Sequence record: NC_055781.1 | Origin: Escherichia phage p000v | Length of the DNA stretch: 64,000 nucleotides | Reading direction: 5' to 3' (one strand) | In this document: positions 22,512-35,022 of the stretch, piece after piece | Numbering within the stretch: position 1 is the stretch's first letter | How the letters are laid out: every line of letters begins with the position of its first letter | Notes under the pieces: model-generated | What the model was told of the DNA's origin: nothing | Databases searched by the model: none | The model's input: the letters and a program-made list of their open reading frames with translations, nothing else | Program-made: the position numbers and the translations under genes

Positions 22512-23960
22512 TTAAGCTGTAGGAAGTTCAACCCAGGCACCATCTTTGCGAACATAGAATTTACCATCTGAAGGAGCATCTTCAATATATCCAGCTTCCT
22601 TAAGAGTTTGGATTTCAGCTTCTGCAGCGGCCAAATCAGTTTCAAGAGTAGCAATTCTAGAAGTTAAACTATTAATTGTCGTATCATGACTTTTAACTGT
22701 AGGCAATATACCACGTTCTTCAACGGTCGAACCATTTGGGTTGGTGCCATTTATAAGAGTATTTAATGTGTTTACAGAACCCTTAATTCCTGTGGAATTA
22801 GTCCCAACATCAGTTTGAATATTCTGAATGTCATTACTCATCCCACTGATAGTTCCTTCAAGCTCTCGAGTACGATAAAGCAAAGAGCCGTCTGGTTCTG
22901 GTTTACCGCCTGAAGCGTCAACACCAACTACGTTATTTAACCACGACACATTAAAACGCAGTCCTGATGAAGAATCAGAGCCGACAACGGTGTTCAATGC
23001 TCCGATAGCATCAGTATTGAGTTTAATACGACCTTGGATTGTAGTAGGCAAATCATCAGCGCCAATGGCAGTTTCTACTGTGGTCAAACGAGGTTTAATA
23101 CCGCCTGATTGATTGAGCTCAAGATTAATGTCGTTTATTGCTGAACTATTCGCATTAGTTGTAGTAATAATAGAAGTCGTATTAGGATACCCAATAGACT
23201 GTTTAATGCCATCCAAGTCAGCATTTTGACGCGACAAAGTTAAATCAATACCGGAAAGACGACTAAACACTGGAGTAGTGAAAGAAGTACGAGGTCCCAT
23301 TTCTTCGCGCAAGTGTTCAACTTCAATAGTTAAAGAGCCGACGTCAGAATCAGCAAATTTAGTTTCTAAATCTGTTAAACGAACACCATGGTCGACAATT
23401 ACAGAGCTATTGGTCATAATACGGCGTTTCATACCGGTGCTATCATTTCCTGGAGTAGGAACCCCATTAATATCTTGACCAGTATATTGTCCTAATTCGT
23501 TTTTAATCCAAAGTAGGTCATTACGAACCGTTCTATAAACTGAATCTGTTTCCTGATTATAAACACCAATATCAGCAGTATTCGCATCAATATGTTCATT
23601 CAAATCATTCAATTCACTAGCATGGGTTTGAACTGTGACTTTAATGACATCGATATCTTGGGTGTTCTGGCCTATCTGTGCAAGAGCATCAACATCCCCA
23701 GAAACATCTAAAATACCTTGAATAACTTTAATATCTTCATTGGCCGTATTCAAAGAAGATGCTATAGTTTTAATATTAACATCTAACGCTTCTACGTTAC
23801 GTTGAACTTCAACAATAGGACGGTTCATTACACCTTCAGAACCGTATTTTGTGTCAGCACCTGTTATTTCTTCATCGTTTTTAATCCATTCAATACGACT
23901 CTGACCCGCGTCTGGCGGGCCGTCAACATATGGTAAATCTACCAGAGTTATATCAGCCAT
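22512..23960 (-). CDS. wac: Fibritin (whisker antigen control, Wac)
   Basis: 482 aa; coiled-coil segments and conserved C-terminal foldon GYIEDAPSDGKFYVRKDGAWVELPTA. Confidence 0.92.
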   Translation of the reverse strand: MADITLVDLPYVDGPPDAGQSRIEWIKNDEEITGADTKYGSEGVMNRPIVEVQRNVEALDVNIKTIASSLNTANEDIKVIQGILDVSGDVDALAQIGQNTQDIDVIKVTVQTHASELNDLNEHIDANTADIGVYNQETDSVYRTVRNDLLWIKNELGQYTGQDINGVPTPGNDSTGMKRRIMTNSSVIVDHGVRLTDLETKFADSDVGSLTIEVEHLREEMGPRTSFTTPVFSRLSGIDLTLSRQNADLDGIKQSIGYPNTTSIITTTNANSSAINDINLELNQSGGIKPRLTTVETAIGADDLPTTIQGRIKLNTDAIGALNTVVGSDSSSGLRFNVSWLNNVVGVDASGGKPEPDGSLLYRTRELEGTISGMSNDIQNIQTDVGTNSTGIKGSVNTLNTLINGTNPNGSTVEERGILPTVKSHDTTINSLTSRIATLETDLAAAEAEIQTLKEAGYIEDAPSDGKFYVRKDGAWVELPTA

Positions 23961-25543
23961 TATTTTACCTTAATGATATAGTTTAAAGAAATATTCCATG
24001 GGCGAGTTTCATTTCCAATTAATTCTGGACGATTCATGGTATATCTAGAGTTACGTTGAGACGCTGGATCAATTTCATATCCATCGTTAGTAAAATATGA
24101 ACGGTTATCCCAGTCAAGTCCTTTACGAGTACCAACAAAGTTTGAACGACGAGTATTACCAAATGCACCGGAATCATCATGTTCGCCAAAACCACCAGCA
24201 TGCTTATGATATGACATCTGTTGTTTTTGCACTTCACCGACATATCCACCAGTACAACCTACCGCCAGACGAGGCTTACCAAATTGGTCATTACCATTAA
24301 CATTAGGGTTAGTTAAATGGTTACCACGACCTGAGCCGCGAACAAATAATCCACGCATATCAGGCAAGCCTGGGTTAGAAGAACTACCACCATATCGTGT
24401 CCCAATTCTGGAAGCATATACCGGACATTCTGAAGCAGAAACGGTCCCGCCGTGACAGAAGCGCCAGTCCGAACTCGGTAAACTATCTGCTGCCCACATT
24501 GTAATAGCACCGACTGGAAGAATTCGGTCTAATTCATTTTGAGTCACAATACGATTGCCTTGAATATAACCACCGGTCATATTGACATTACCAGTTATAT
24601 TAGCACCACCAGAACCAACCGTCAACGTATTATTAATGCGAAGCGTGCCATTAATAGTTTGTCCGCCTCGTTGGTGGATAACATCAGCATTCCAAGCAAG
24701 GGCAGAAGAACCATCACCACCTGATTGACTACCTGCTTGTGTAGTTAAACGAACAACTCCACGTAAAGAAGTTGTAGCGCCGCGACCATTTAATGTTGCG
24801 CCGGTCACTACAACTGAAGAGTTGTTACTATTTACTTCAGTCTGTGTCCCTAGTTTAACGACGCCTTTATTAGTTTCTGATGCTACTGAATTCATAAAGG
24901 TATAAGGTGAAATTGCATAGCCTTCACGCAGGGTGCCTTGTTGTGCTTGTGCAACTGTAGCTAAACGAACAACACCGGTAATAGATTCGGTGGCGTCACT
25001 ATTATTTGGAGCAATTTGTGAAATAAGTTTAATTGCTAATTGTTGCGTTTTTAACGGAGTCATTGCCGTTGTATCGTCAGAACCAGCTAATGCCGCAGCA
25101 GAAGTTGAAATTTTAATTACACCATTTGTTGCTTCTGTTGACACTTTTGTCTGAAATACATTGTCTATTTTTTGATTCAATTTAAGCGGAGTAATTGATG
25201 CATCGTCAATTACTCCGGCTACTGCTTCATCTTCAGTAGCATAACGAGTTAAACCATATTGAGTTTCTGTCGCATTAGGATATTGTAGTCGAGCATTAAG
25301 TGTGGCTGGAGTAACAGCTTTACTATTATCTAATCCATCAATAACTTCTTGAGGAGTAGCTATTTGAATAATTCCTGGTGTAGTAGTTGTTGCTTCTGGT
25401 ACACCATTAACACCTGAAGGAGAAATAGCAGCTAATGCGGCTTGGACATTAGTGACTGTATCTGGAAAATTCGACCCAGTAGGGTCGAATTCAACGTAAA
25501 CGGATTCGTTTGAAACGTGTTGGTATGTATTGTTATTACTCAT
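23960..25543 (-). CDS. 12: Short tail fiber protein gp12
   Basis: 527 aa, T4 gp12 length; N-terminus [14 protein letters not shown]... Confidence 0.95.
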   Translation of the reverse strand: MSNNNTYQHVSNESVYVEFDPTGSNFPDTVTNVQAALAAISPSGVNGVPEATTTTPGIIQIATPQEVIDGLDNSKAVTPATLNARLQYPNATETQYGLTRYATEDEAVAGVIDDASITPLKLNQKIDNVFQTKVSTEATNGVIKISTSAAALAGSDDTTAMTPLKTQQLAIKLISQIAPNNSDATESITGVVRLATVAQAQQGTLREGYAISPYTFMNSVASETNKGVVKLGTQTEVNSNNSSVVVTGATLNGRGATTSLRGVVRLTTQAGSQSGGDGSSALAWNADVIHQRGGQTINGTLRINNTLTVGSGGANITGNVNMTGGYIQGNRIVTQNELDRILPVGAITMWAADSLPSSDWRFCHGGTVSASECPVYASRIGTRYGGSSSNPGLPDMRGLFVRGSGRGNHLTNPNVNGNDQFGKPRLAVGCTGGYVGEVQKQQMSYHKHAGGFGEHDDSGAFGNTRRSNFVGTRKGLDWDNRSYFTNDGYEIDPASQRNSRYTMNRPELIGNETRPWNISLNYIIKVK

Positions 25544-26199
25544 GAGGCTCTCACAAAGTGGTAGAAAACGGTAGGAGTATCATGGTTATCAAGAGTAACC
25601 GTTTGGGCACCCAATAAATTCCATGTTCCGTATCCGGATTTTGCTTCAGACAAAATTTCTTGCGAAATTGTTACACCAAACGAAGCATATGTTGGCAACA
25701 CATGACGTTGGTTATCTAAATATGTCACCTGAAGTTTATTACCTTCGGACGGATGGTCTTTATAAGAAGAAATAGCGATTTGATTAGCAATGGCTTCTTG
25801 TAAAGCTATACGAACTTGTGCAGTTAATTCGTTATCAGTCATACCAACTGTTGCTTTAACAGCAAGTCCAAATACGTTAATAACGACCGGCGTTCCAGGG
25901 GCCAAAGTATCGTCGAGAACATCACCAGAAAAAGTCCAATAATCAACTTGTGCTGTACCTTCAGGCGATATGCCTGAAGTGTTTGTGACAACAGTACCAA
26001 TATCAGCTCGTGCCATATTATGGACATCATTTATTGCAGATTCTACGTTATCATCATAAAAACCGCGAGCTAACTGAGAAATAGTCACGGAACCTACAGC
26101 TTGGTTGTTTAAAACATCAATTTGAGCTGGATTTTTTCTGTAATTCAAAAAATCAGCATGGCGGGAAATAACTCCCGCCTTTGTATTAAGTACAGTCAT
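25540..26199 (-). CDS. 11: Baseplate wedge protein gp11
   Basis: Start set at M7 of the track ORF ([18 protein letters not shown]...), giving 219 aa and an ATGA-type overlap with the gp10 stop. Confidence 0.9.
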   Translation of the reverse strand: MTVLNTKAGVISRHADFLNYRKNPAQIDVLNNQAVGSVTISQLARGFYDDNVESAINDVHNMARADIGTVVTNTSGISPEGTAQVDYWTFSGDVLDDTLAPGTPVVINVFGLAVKATVGMTDNELTAQVRIALQEAIANQIAISSYKDHPSEGNKLQVTYLDNQRHVLPTYASFGVTISQEILSEAKSGYGTWNLLGAQTVTLDNHDTPTVFYHFVRAS

Positions 26200-28004
26200 T
26201 ATGCAATCCTTACCCAACGGTATACAGTTATAGATGGCTGAATATTAGTTATAGAACGCGCTGGAACATGAGATCCGTTAGTCTTTGCATGGTCTTCACG
26301 ATATTTAGTGTAAATAGGACCTTCTGCATCCGGGTCATATTGGCAACCGCCTATAATTACTGTACCATTATCATCAGAAATAAGAACCTTTTCATCGGTT
26401 TGTGTAGCTGGTAAATCAGCATTTTCTAATGTGATAGTTGTTACGCCAACAGTACCACCTGCGGTATGAGTAGGGTTACCATTGACGTCAAGGTCATTAT
26501 TATTTAATGCAAAATTAGGATCGGATGCGTCGTCATTCCAACCTGCTAATACTTTGCCTTGTCCCCAAATTTTCCACGAACCAAAACCTAAATAAGTGGC
26601 CGGATTATTAGGGTTAACCGCATTTTCGTAAATAGTCCCGACAGGATAAATTGTATCAAATATTGCTGAGATAGTCGAGAATTCACGTTCATACTTAGGA
26701 ACAGGTTCTACGTTAGGCCATCCAATTTTATCGAAATCAGTTAACGCAACGTCGCCAGTAATTTCAATGTTAGACCCTTGAGAAACATATTTCTCATCAG
26801 CGACATCAAGGATTTCTTCCATTTCAAGAAGAGTTCCTAAATCGTTATTAAACCATGTGATGGTAATAATGTCCTGGTCTTCAAATTGACGGTCAAACAG
26901 AATTGCGCTAGGGATATTATCAGTATATTCAATCGCATAATCTGTATATGATTGAGTCCATGTCCCACCGAGATTAGCGCATGACTCTTCAGAATCAGCA
27001 TCCACACCTTCACAACGGAAAATAGGAGTTCCAACAGTACCAGCTAATTCTTGGAGAATACCGTTGAAGCGAACTTCTAATGAATTCGGGTTAGGTGGTT
27101 CTGTAGGATTAATACCAAATGCTGTAAATGGAATAGACCGGAACGTACTCAAATCAGTGACGTAAATACTTCCGTCAATAGACTTTTTAGCAGTCAATTT
27201 ACTATCTAAAATGCGAACTTGGCGACGTGTATATGAACTACGCCACTGAGAAACACCGTCTAGGAATGTCTCAATTTGTACAGTGTCCCCAACATTACAC
27301 GGTTGACGTAATCTAATATTAAATCCATCAAGTGCAACCAGTTCACCAGGATTAGCGCCTGGAGAACCAAAATCACTATTATCACTGAATACATCACCAT
27401 AATACAATTCGTTGCCACGATGTTTTACGCGAATATTGTTAACGTTATAAGAGGTTCCATTAAAAACATCCATGAAATCGGTCTGACCTTGGGTTTCAAC
27501 CAGATATTCTCTACGAGCAACATTACTAATGTCAGAGCTAACTATTTTGTCGATTTGTTTGTTCTTGATGTATTCCCAACGTCCAGGAGCACAATAAACT
27601 AATTCTAAATCAGAGAACTGGACGTTAATTTCTACCGGAGATGAAGAACCTTTAATCGTGTCCCCGTTTGCCGGAATTAAAGTAACAGGGTTGATGTTCC
27701 AAGTTGCAAATACGTCACGAGCACGAATAACTTTATTATAGTCTGCAATTGTCCCTTTAGGAAGATTTACCGAAACTCGCCCAGAAGTAGTATTAATTGC
27801 ATAAGATTTACCCCAAGCAGCCTTAAGATTAAGACCATCAGCCGCATCATAGGTCTTCCATGCACCAGCGGCATAAGGAACTTCACCGTCACCTAATTCA
27901 TAATAGATTTCGTCAAAGTTCTCATTTATCTTTTCACCACCTCGACGAAGGTAATCGCCTTGTCCGTCATCAACGACGTTACCAATTTTAATATTTTGTT
28001 TCAT
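26199..28004 (-). CDS. 10: Baseplate wedge protein gp10
   Basis: 601 aa, T4 gp10-like. Confidence 0.95.
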   Translation of the reverse strand: MKQNIKIGNVVDDGQGDYLRRGGEKINENFDEIYYELGDGEVPYAAGAWKTYDAADGLNLKAAWGKSYAINTTSGRVSVNLPKGTIADYNKVIRARDVFATWNINPVTLIPANGDTIKGSSSPVEINVQFSDLELVYCAPGRWEYIKNKQIDKIVSSDISNVARREYLVETQGQTDFMDVFNGTSYNVNNIRVKHRGNELYYGDVFSDNSDFGSPGANPGELVALDGFNIRLRQPCNVGDTVQIETFLDGVSQWRSSYTRRQVRILDSKLTAKKSIDGSIYVTDLSTFRSIPFTAFGINPTEPPNPNSLEVRFNGILQELAGTVGTPIFRCEGVDADSEESCANLGGTWTQSYTDYAIEYTDNIPSAILFDRQFEDQDIITITWFNNDLGTLLEMEEILDVADEKYVSQGSNIEITGDVALTDFDKIGWPNVEPVPKYEREFSTISAIFDTIYPVGTIYENAVNPNNPATYLGFGSWKIWGQGKVLAGWNDDASDPNFALNNNDLDVNGNPTHTAGGTVGVTTITLENADLPATQTDEKVLISDDNGTVIIGGCQYDPDAEGPIYTKYREDHAKTNGSHVPARSITNIQPSITVYRWVRIA

Positions 28005-28876
28005 TATTGAGCGACCCCAATTTTCTGAGTTGAGATAATTTTAACTGCTGAACGTAATCCAATAATATCGGATGTAATCGTCATAGTAGCAAAGTTGTTA
28101 ATAATACTAAAGCTAATATTAGCAATCTCGTCGGTTTCATCTACATTACCAACTCGCATTACTGCAAATTCGGTAGAAAGAACTTCTGAGTTAATTGTAT
28201 CTATTAGAATATTTATTTCGCATGTTTTTATTTTTCTACCGTCGGCGGATTGGCATGTAACAAGCAATTTAGCCATGTTATAATCCGTGCGATAAAACAG
28301 AGGAATAGAAACTGTGTTTCCTGTAAGACTCCAAGTCCCATCTACAGGAGATTCTTTCTGTCCAAACATGCTATCAGTAGAATAATTCCATACTGAAGTC
28401 GGCCCATTAATTTCAACACAACGAAGAACAACATGGGTATAAGGTGTGGAAATAACAAGATTATTAAGAACACCTTTAATCGAACCATCGGTTACTTGGA
28501 TACTTAAAGGATTGTTAACAGAAATAGACCCATTAGAGTTTATGAATTCTACAGAGTCACCTAATTCAGGACGGTCAATAATAACAATCACACCACCATC
28601 AGAAGCATCAATATCATGCATGGTGCCTGGTTTAATAGGAGTTTGATAATCGGCCGCCTTTCCTTTTTGATAATAACCTGTGGCATGAATAGTTTGACCT
28701 GTAGGTCCGGTTCCATCTGCTACGGCCATTTTACGTTGATCGCCAAATGCATTGTAAATAGCGTTGATATCGTCATTTATTTTATTACCACCGTCGAATA
28801 AGATATCACCTGTTGAGGCATTACCAATTTCGCCGGTATCGATTAATTGTTTAGGAGTTTGCTTAAAAAATGCCAT
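28004..28876 (-). CDS. 9: Baseplate wedge protein gp9 (long tail fiber socket)
   Basis: 290 aa, T4 gp9-like. Confidence 0.95.
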   Translation of the reverse strand: MAFFKQTPKQLIDTGEIGNASTGDILFDGGNKINDDINAIYNAFGDQRKMAVADGTGPTGQTIHATGYYQKGKAADYQTPIKPGTMHDIDASDGGVIVIIDRPELGDSVEFINSNGSISVNNPLSIQVTDGSIKGVLNNLVISTPYTHVVLRCVEINGPTSVWNYSTDSMFGQKESPVDGTWSLTGNTVSIPLFYRTDYNMAKLLVTCQSADGRKIKTCEINILIDTINSEVLSTEFAVMRVGNVDETDEIANISFSIINNFATMTITSDIIGLRSAVKIISTQKIGVAQ

Positions 28877-28908
28877 AATTCTGCCTTTTGTTGTCCGATA
28901 TTATATTC

Positions 28909-28916
28909 TATTTATA
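28909..28916 (-). promoter_or_regulatory. Late promoter (TATAAATA) for gene 9
   Basis: Minus-strand TATAAATA about 33 nt upstream of gp9 ATG. Confidence 0.65.
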
Positions 28917-28927
28917 GATACAAAAAT

Positions 28928-28945
28928 GGGAGCCCGAAGGCTCCC
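28928..28945 (-). terminator. Rho-independent terminator after gene 8
   Basis: GGGAGCC-TTCG-GGCTCCC hairpin followed on the minus strand by ATTTTTG. Confidence 0.6.
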
Positions 28946-28948
28946 TAA

Positions 28949-29953
28949 TTAAAACATAAACAAAATGTTAATTTCTTCTGTTTGGTCCATTGCCATAATA
29001 ACAGGTGGTCGGTTTTCCATATAAATCATTTCACCGGAATGACGTTGCAGGTCTCTAGGGTCGTAATAATCCTTTTCTGCTTTAACATTAGGGTCATTTG
29101 GATTTTTCTTAGCTTCTAATGGGTTTGTGATAATTGATATCTGTCTAAAACCCTTGTTACCAGGCAAAGCTGCCTCAGGGAAATAAACAGAATCAAAATA
29201 TGCTTTAAACCGCATCGTATTGGCTTTAACACGGTAAATCAAGCCGTAGTCATCTTGTTGCCAAGTTAAGTTATTTTCATATCCCCAACGCGTAGGGTCT
29301 TCTTTAATTTCTTCCGGCCATGGAACTACAAGATATTCGTTAGTGCAACGGTTAATTGACACATCGGCAGGAATCTCATAAAGATATTCCCAAATATATC
29401 CATCACCGGTTTCGATAACCCCATTAGCATCGCCTCTGCCTTCAGGAGGAGACATAGAACGAACAGACGGGGTCCATTTACCACCTAATTTAAGACATTC
29501 ATCTTTATTATCTAAAGATTCTATTGAACAGAGCCCTACGTCAGGGACGTCTAAACAACGGTAAATTAACCAACCAGCTCCAACTTCTGTCGCGTTGTAC
29601 GGAGCAGTATTACACGCGACTATATCGTTAATTCTAAACGTGTAAGGGTCTGGATATCGCACATCTCCCCAATCACGCCTAGGAATAACAGAATCTAACA
29701 TTGAAGGTAAAACTTTAACGGTACCCATCATATGGGTCCACATATCAGTAACACCAAGAACAGAATCTGTAGGATAAGGTGGGGCGAAGCCCACCTCATT
29801 TTCATTTGACGCCCAAGGCTCTGAACGTCCAAACGTAATATAAATGGAGTTCTTATCATCTCCATCCCCAACTGAATTATAAAAATTCAGCATTTTCTCT
29901 GTTCTAAATTTTGATGTAACTATTGCACGATAGATAACACTTGAATCATTCAT
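28949..29953 (-). CDS. 8: Baseplate wedge protein gp8
   Basis: 334 aa, T4 gp8 length. Confidence 0.95.
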   Translation of the reverse strand: MNDSSVIYRAIVTSKFRTEKMLNFYNSVGDGDDKNSIYITFGRSEPWASNENEVGFAPPYPTDSVLGVTDMWTHMMGTVKVLPSMLDSVIPRRDWGDVRYPDPYTFRINDIVACNTAPYNATEVGAGWLIYRCLDVPDVGLCSIESLDNKDECLKLGGKWTPSVRSMSPPEGRGDANGVIETGDGYIWEYLYEIPADVSINRCTNEYLVVPWPEEIKEDPTRWGYENNLTWQQDDYGLIYRVKANTMRFKAYFDSVYFPEAALPGNKGFRQISIITNPLEAKKNPNDPNVKAEKDYYDPRDLQRHSGEMIYMENRPPVIMAMDQTEEINILFMF

Positions 29954-32900
29954 CTAATTTAACCTGTGGTGGATTCACGGGGTCTCTTGGATTTCCTACA
30001 TTATCGATTAACCGTTGTTCAACCAAATCTCTAAATCTAGAGAATGTTGTTCCGGACGCATCAAATAATGGGCTCATCAGTTTACGTCGTTCCGATGGAA
30101 GTTGACCTTGAAATATGGAGTTATTGTTTTCAGCGTTATAATCTTCAGGCAATGGATAATCTTGACCCGCCATAGGGCCTATTTCATATATCGCTTTACC
30201 TGTAATAGGGTCAAACTCAACATTTCCTTGTGGGTCTAATTTAGCCACTCGGTCTGCATATTTAGTCGGTAATCCAGAATCCCACTTATAGTTTTTGTAT
30301 TTATTAATAATGGTTTCAACATGTTTAAGTGTTAATCCGGTGTTAATAAACATTGTGAGAAGGGTGATTGCGATAAATCCAAATCCAACCGGATGAACAA
30401 AACGTAATACGTCTGATTTCCAACGAGATGATGGAAGTTTAGATTTAATCTTCATTACGTAGTATGCTCTACCACGATTTATGTAATCGATGTTGTTCTG
30501 AGAAAGCTCTTTACCTTTAATACCACGAACAATTTCACCTTCAAAGCCAGGGAGTCTTTCAGCTTTAACTTCCTGTCCTTGGATTAAACGACCTAAGAGG
30601 TTGTGAATTGTTACGGTCCATTGTAATTTACCTTTAGAGTAACTTCTCTCGATATACGTCACATTACAACGTCCTGTCGCGGTGTATATGGTTTGTCCGA
30701 CCAAATCTTCTGACAACGAATCAGATTCAATGATGATATCATATTCGGTCCCAGAACTAGATTCAATTTCAATTTCAACATCTTCGTTATAAAGCACTTT
30801 AAACAAGAATTTATATGATGCTTCAGTTCCTTTAGTTGAATAGAAGTCATAACTTCTTGATTCAAAGAAACGAGACACTAAATCGCGTTTTTCGGCGTTT
30901 AAGTAAATGTTTCTTTTATAAATCTCAGACCATAAGTATTCCCACGCATGTTCTTCGCGTGGATATTGATTTTTAATAAGATTTAAAAGATTGTTATAAT
31001 GGGTCCCATAGCCGTCAGAAAGATACTGAATATAAGCCTCACAGAACGCTTCGAAGTTTGTATTATCTAAAAGATAAGACTCTGGCATCATTGTAGTGAG
31101 CAACGGACGTAAATCCGGGTCTGCAATACCGTTCTCTTCCACAGGAGTCCATGTGGTATCTTTTTCTTGGTTTTGTAATGATGCTGTTAAGAATATATTA
31201 GTAGGCTTCCAAATTATAGAAACATTATCTCTAACACGATAACTAAAATCATAATAAGAAATAATCTCACCTGATGATTTATAGAAAATCATGCCGGATG
31301 CATATTTTTTAAATCCGGTGAAATCTACGTTAGGCATCACTATTGTACAGTCACCGTCCTTCCAATATTCATGAACTTCACGGTCTGAAGAACTAAGTGG
31401 ATGATTCTCAATAACCTTAGTGTAAAGTAAATCAGAATAAATTACAACGGCCTTGTCTGAGTTATTAATCCAACAACGAGTACCAGACTTTCTAGAATAA
31501 CTAAAGAATGGCTCAGCGTAGTATTCCATTGGTTGAGGAGTGAACGATTCCCATTGAGAGTCTTCAGTTGAAATAAATGCCATCATATGATAATGTTTAT
31601 CAGCCAGCCATTCACGAGGATACTCATATTTGACAGCACCGATTAAACCGTACTTGACTTGTGTTTTTTGGTCATCAACAATATCTGATTCTAGAAATTT
31701 AAAATTACTAGATGAAATAGATAACTCAACACCATCAGTAGACATACTGGTGTACCCTGGTTCAATACGACGGCGTTCTTCTTCAGTATTACCAAACACA
31801 CGTTTAAATGTGCCAGCATCATGGTCTAGAACGTAAACACCCTTATCGGCAGAATCAACAATAGGAGTGGTCCTCGGGTCGTCATTAAGATTAACAACTT
31901 CGCCGATAATCAGTGCAAATATTTTACCACCGACAGAATCCATTTTATAGCAAACTGCCTTAGGGTTGCCTGTGATGTTAAATGTTTCTTGTTCAAACAA
32001 ACGTTCGGAATATGTCGGAGATAACGGGTCTGAATCAATAGGGGCATTACTAGTTTTAATAAAACGAACTTTATCTCGAGCAGCAACATATACATAATCG
32101 TCATTGCAAACGATAGCTTCTGCAATACGTGATACGTTAGCAGGTAATGATGCGTAGTTACCAAATATTTCTACATCAAATCCTAAATTTAGTTGGTCAC
32201 CAATTTTAGCAAATGTTATATCTTGAGAACTAAATCTCACATCATCAGCAGACCAACGAACGTCAGATGATTTACGGCCGTAAAATAATTTATCATACCC
32301 AAGAACATACGTGGTGTAATCTGTCTGGTAATACACTGTTCTTGATACAGGGTACCCTACACGGTCATTAAACAATTTAACCGATTTCCAGGTTTGTCCC
32401 TTATCATTAGAGACTTTAACCACAGGCTGATACCGTTCAAACAAATAAAGAATTCCTTCAGATTCCATCAAATAAACACGGTTTATATCATGACACACCT
32501 GTTGAATCGAACCTTGAATTTCATGATACTCATTTTCGCCAATAATGAAATTTTTAATAGATGAAATATCCGCATAAGCAGGGCTAAATTGGAACGATTC
32601 ATTCATTAGAGCTGCCATTATAGTGTCGTTATTAAAATCGACATAAGCCATGTTGTTATTTGTAAATTTTTCTCTAATAAAAGTGTTAGCCAATTGCATT
32701 TCAATCATATGTTGAAATGTATACGCGTTAGTCTGAAATGATTCAAATATTTCGGTATATACCCAATCGGATCTCTCGAAGCCTTCGGCGGCAGTTGATA
32801 CACGAATAATATAAGAAGTTAATGGGTCTAAGCTACTTTCGAACCAGTTGCTATTAGGAGTATATCCTAAATTTATCCATCTGTAGCTGGCAGGGGGAAT

Positions 32901-33044
32901 TATTTCCCCGTCTTCCGTTTTAGTCTCAGCGATTTCTACGAAATAGTAGAAATTAGCACCAACGTCATCCCAGCGTATTTGAACTTGGTTAGCGGACAAC
33001 TTGGATATTCTGAGACTTGTGACTGCTGGCGCTTTTACTGTCAT
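29946..33044 (-). CDS. 7: Baseplate wedge protein gp7
   Basis: 1032 aa, exactly T4 gp7 length. Confidence 0.95.
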   Translation of the reverse strand: MTVKAPAVTSLRISKLSANQVQIRWDDVGANFYYFVEIAETKTEDGEIIPPASYRWINLGYTPNSNWFESSLDPLTSYIIRVSTAAEGFERSDWVYTEIFESFQTNAYTFQHMIEMQLANTFIREKFTNNNMAYVDFNNDTIMAALMNESFQFSPAYADISSIKNFIIGENEYHEIQGSIQQVCHDINRVYLMESEGILYLFERYQPVVKVSNDKGQTWKSVKLFNDRVGYPVSRTVYYQTDYTTYVLGYDKLFYGRKSSDVRWSADDVRFSSQDITFAKIGDQLNLGFDVEIFGNYASLPANVSRIAEAIVCNDDYVYVAARDKVRFIKTSNAPIDSDPLSPTYSERLFEQETFNITGNPKAVCYKMDSVGGKIFALIIGEVVNLNDDPRTTPIVDSADKGVYVLDHDAGTFKRVFGNTEEERRRIEPGYTSMSTDGVELSISSSNFKFLESDIVDDQKTQVKYGLIGAVKYEYPREWLADKHYHMMAFISTEDSQWESFTPQPMEYYAEPFFSYSRKSGTRCWINNSDKAVVIYSDLLYTKVIENHPLSSSDREVHEYWKDGDCTIVMPNVDFTGFKKYASGMIFYKSSGEIISYYDFSYRVRDNVSIIWKPTNIFLTASLQNQEKDTTWTPVEENGIADPDLRPLLTTMMPESYLLDNTNFEAFCEAYIQYLSDGYGTHYNNLLNLIKNQYPREEHAWEYLWSEIYKRNIYLNAEKRDLVSRFFESRSYDFYSTKGTEASYKFLFKVLYNEDVEIEIESSSGTEYDIIIESDSLSEDLVGQTIYTATGRCNVTYIERSYSKGKLQWTVTIHNLLGRLIQGQEVKAERLPGFEGEIVRGIKGKELSQNNIDYINRGRAYYVMKIKSKLPSSRWKSDVLRFVHPVGFGFIAITLLTMFINTGLTLKHVETIINKYKNYKWDSGLPTKYADRVAKLDPQGNVEFDPITGKAIYEIGPMAGQDYPLPEDYNAENNNSIFQGQLPSERRKLMSPLFDASGTTFSRFRDLVEQRLIDNVGNPRDPVNPPQVKLDE

Positions 33045-35014
33045 TGTGAAATAGGCTCCAAATCTATAGTTAAGTACTGAGGACGTAAGTCATTTTCAAA
33101 TACGATTAAAGAACCATCCTTTGTAAAAATAATATCATCTGCAGGGTCGGAATAAAGTTCAATTGTTTGAACTTCAAAACGGTCTGAAGTGAGGTCAATT
33201 TTAGCAATGTTCCAATAAATCGAATCGGCAGGATAATTCACTTCACCAATTGAATAGTATTTGTTTCGTCCGTCAGTAACAGCAAGTTTATTAAAATCAT
33301 TACCTGTATAAGGTTGTATATTTTCGTTTTCAACAACATCGCCGTCTGCAAATGGGCCAATAATAACTTGACCTATGCCACGGTCATTACGGTCAGAAGA
33401 TACTATGCGAACACCGTATTTAATAGTTTCGTTTGCATTTTCTGGATTAGGTCTGTGCGAATCAAACGAGAATATATTAGATTCCATCGATCTATCTTTA
33501 ATCTGATTATTGTATTTAATACCGGCCTCAGGCGTTTTATAAAAGTTCTGTACTTCGCGAACCATTTGAATAGTAGCCGAAGAACCAATAATAGAAATAT
33601 CTGCATCATCGACATAAGTTAGCATTTTAGATTTTGCAAACGATGAGTTAAAAATTTCTACATCTTCAATATAATATCGGTCAATTTTATTAATAATCTG
33701 TCCTTCAAGGTATTGCTCTGATTCTTGAAGTTTATTCAACGCGTATGTAACTTTGATATTCATTTTGATAAACAAATAATCAGGCGAAATAACAACAGGT
33801 GTAATAGTCCCTAAGTTATAATCATTTAAATAGTTTTTGATGTCGTCGCGTTGAACAGAAGTCAAATACAATCCAGATTTAGGCTTAGCAGCAATATATG
33901 CGTACCCGGGTTTAGACGAATCTGTGAATGTTTGAACTGCTTGAATAATAGAACCAAACCGCTCAGAGACGAATGTGTCATAGTCGGAAGCGGTTACACA
34001 ACGTTGTTGAGTTTCACGTTTAATTGTGCCTAATTCTCGAATACGTTCAATATCTTCAGGGTCACCGCCACCATCAGCCCCGACAAAGTCTGGGTTATTG
34101 CTAGGGTTCTCGTTAATATCGATTACAGTGATATTAGCTAATGTATCAGCATAAGAAAATCCTACAGCACCGTTAGCATCTGCGCCATTAGTAGAAATAT
34201 ACTCAATTACGATTTTAGAACCCTGAACAGGCTTAAGGCCACCAATATAGTTGGATGTTAACGCGCCTTCTGATGTGTTAATAGAGATTTCGCCTTCACC
34301 AAAATAAAATTCGGTGTTCCCATCAACAGTTTCACGCATATAATAGATTGTTGACGTAGAACCAGCGTGAACCATCGACTTACGAGTCCAGTTAATCCAT
34401 TCTGCTCCGTCAACATACAACTTAACCAAATTACGGTCAATATTCTTATCACGAATAATGATAGGTTTTAATTTATCAAATGTTAATTCAGTGCGAACAA
34501 TACGACCCTGAGCTAATCGAAGACGTGGGAAATATTGATTATTTTTGTCTTTAACTACAATGACATCTTCAGTAGAAACAAAGTTATACGGGTTAACAGA
34601 AGTATCTTTAGCATATGCTAAGAAACGAGTGCCACGTGGAATGGTGATATAGTTTCTATTTAATGCATCTGTACATGTGAGCATAATTTCTGTTTGTGCC
34701 GCTGATTTAGATGAAGGCAGATATCCGTTATCTTGAGCCGCTTGTACAACAGAGCTACGCAAGTTTGCAGTGCGCATAAAACTTTCATACACTGCGCTAT
34801 TACTAAACTGTTGGATGTAAAGAGTGTTATATGCTAAAAGGTCGCACAATACGTTTAAGCGTGAACCTTCAAAATCATAATCAAGAAATTCATTCTGTCC
34901 ATGGAGCCATTCGATAATGTTTTGTTTGATTTCGGCAAATGTGCCCCCGATAAAAATCTCGGGAATAGCATTCGCTGTTCGGGTTAATTGATAATTTACA
35001 GGAGTGTTTGCCAT
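33041..35014 (-). CDS. 6: Baseplate wedge protein gp6
   Basis: Start set at M20 of the track ORF (MANTPVNYQLTRTANAIPEIF...); 657 aa. Confidence 0.93.
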   Translation of the reverse strand: MANTPVNYQLTRTANAIPEIFIGGTFAEIKQNIIEWLHGQNEFLDYDFEGSRLNVLCDLLAYNTLYIQQFSNSAVYESFMRTANLRSSVVQAAQDNGYLPSSKSAAQTEIMLTCTDALNRNYITIPRGTRFLAYAKDTSVNPYNFVSTEDVIVVKDKNNQYFPRLRLAQGRIVRTELTFDKLKPIIIRDKNIDRNLVKLYVDGAEWINWTRKSMVHAGSTSTIYYMRETVDGNTEFYFGEGEISINTSEGALTSNYIGGLKPVQGSKIVIEYISTNGADANGAVGFSYADTLANITVIDINENPSNNPDFVGADGGGDPEDIERIRELGTIKRETQQRCVTASDYDTFVSERFGSIIQAVQTFTDSSKPGYAYIAAKPKSGLYLTSVQRDDIKNYLNDYNLGTITPVVISPDYLFIKMNIKVTYALNKLQESEQYLEGQIINKIDRYYIEDVEIFNSSFAKSKMLTYVDDADISIIGSSATIQMVREVQNFYKTPEAGIKYNNQIKDRSMESNIFSFDSHRPNPENANETIKYGVRIVSSDRNDRGIGQVIIGPFADGDVVENENIQPYTGNDFNKLAVTDGRNKYYSIGEVNYPADSIYWNIAKIDLTSDRFEVQTIELYSDPADDIIFTKDGSLIVFENDLRPQYLTIDLEPISQ

Positions 35015-35022
35015 TTTAATTC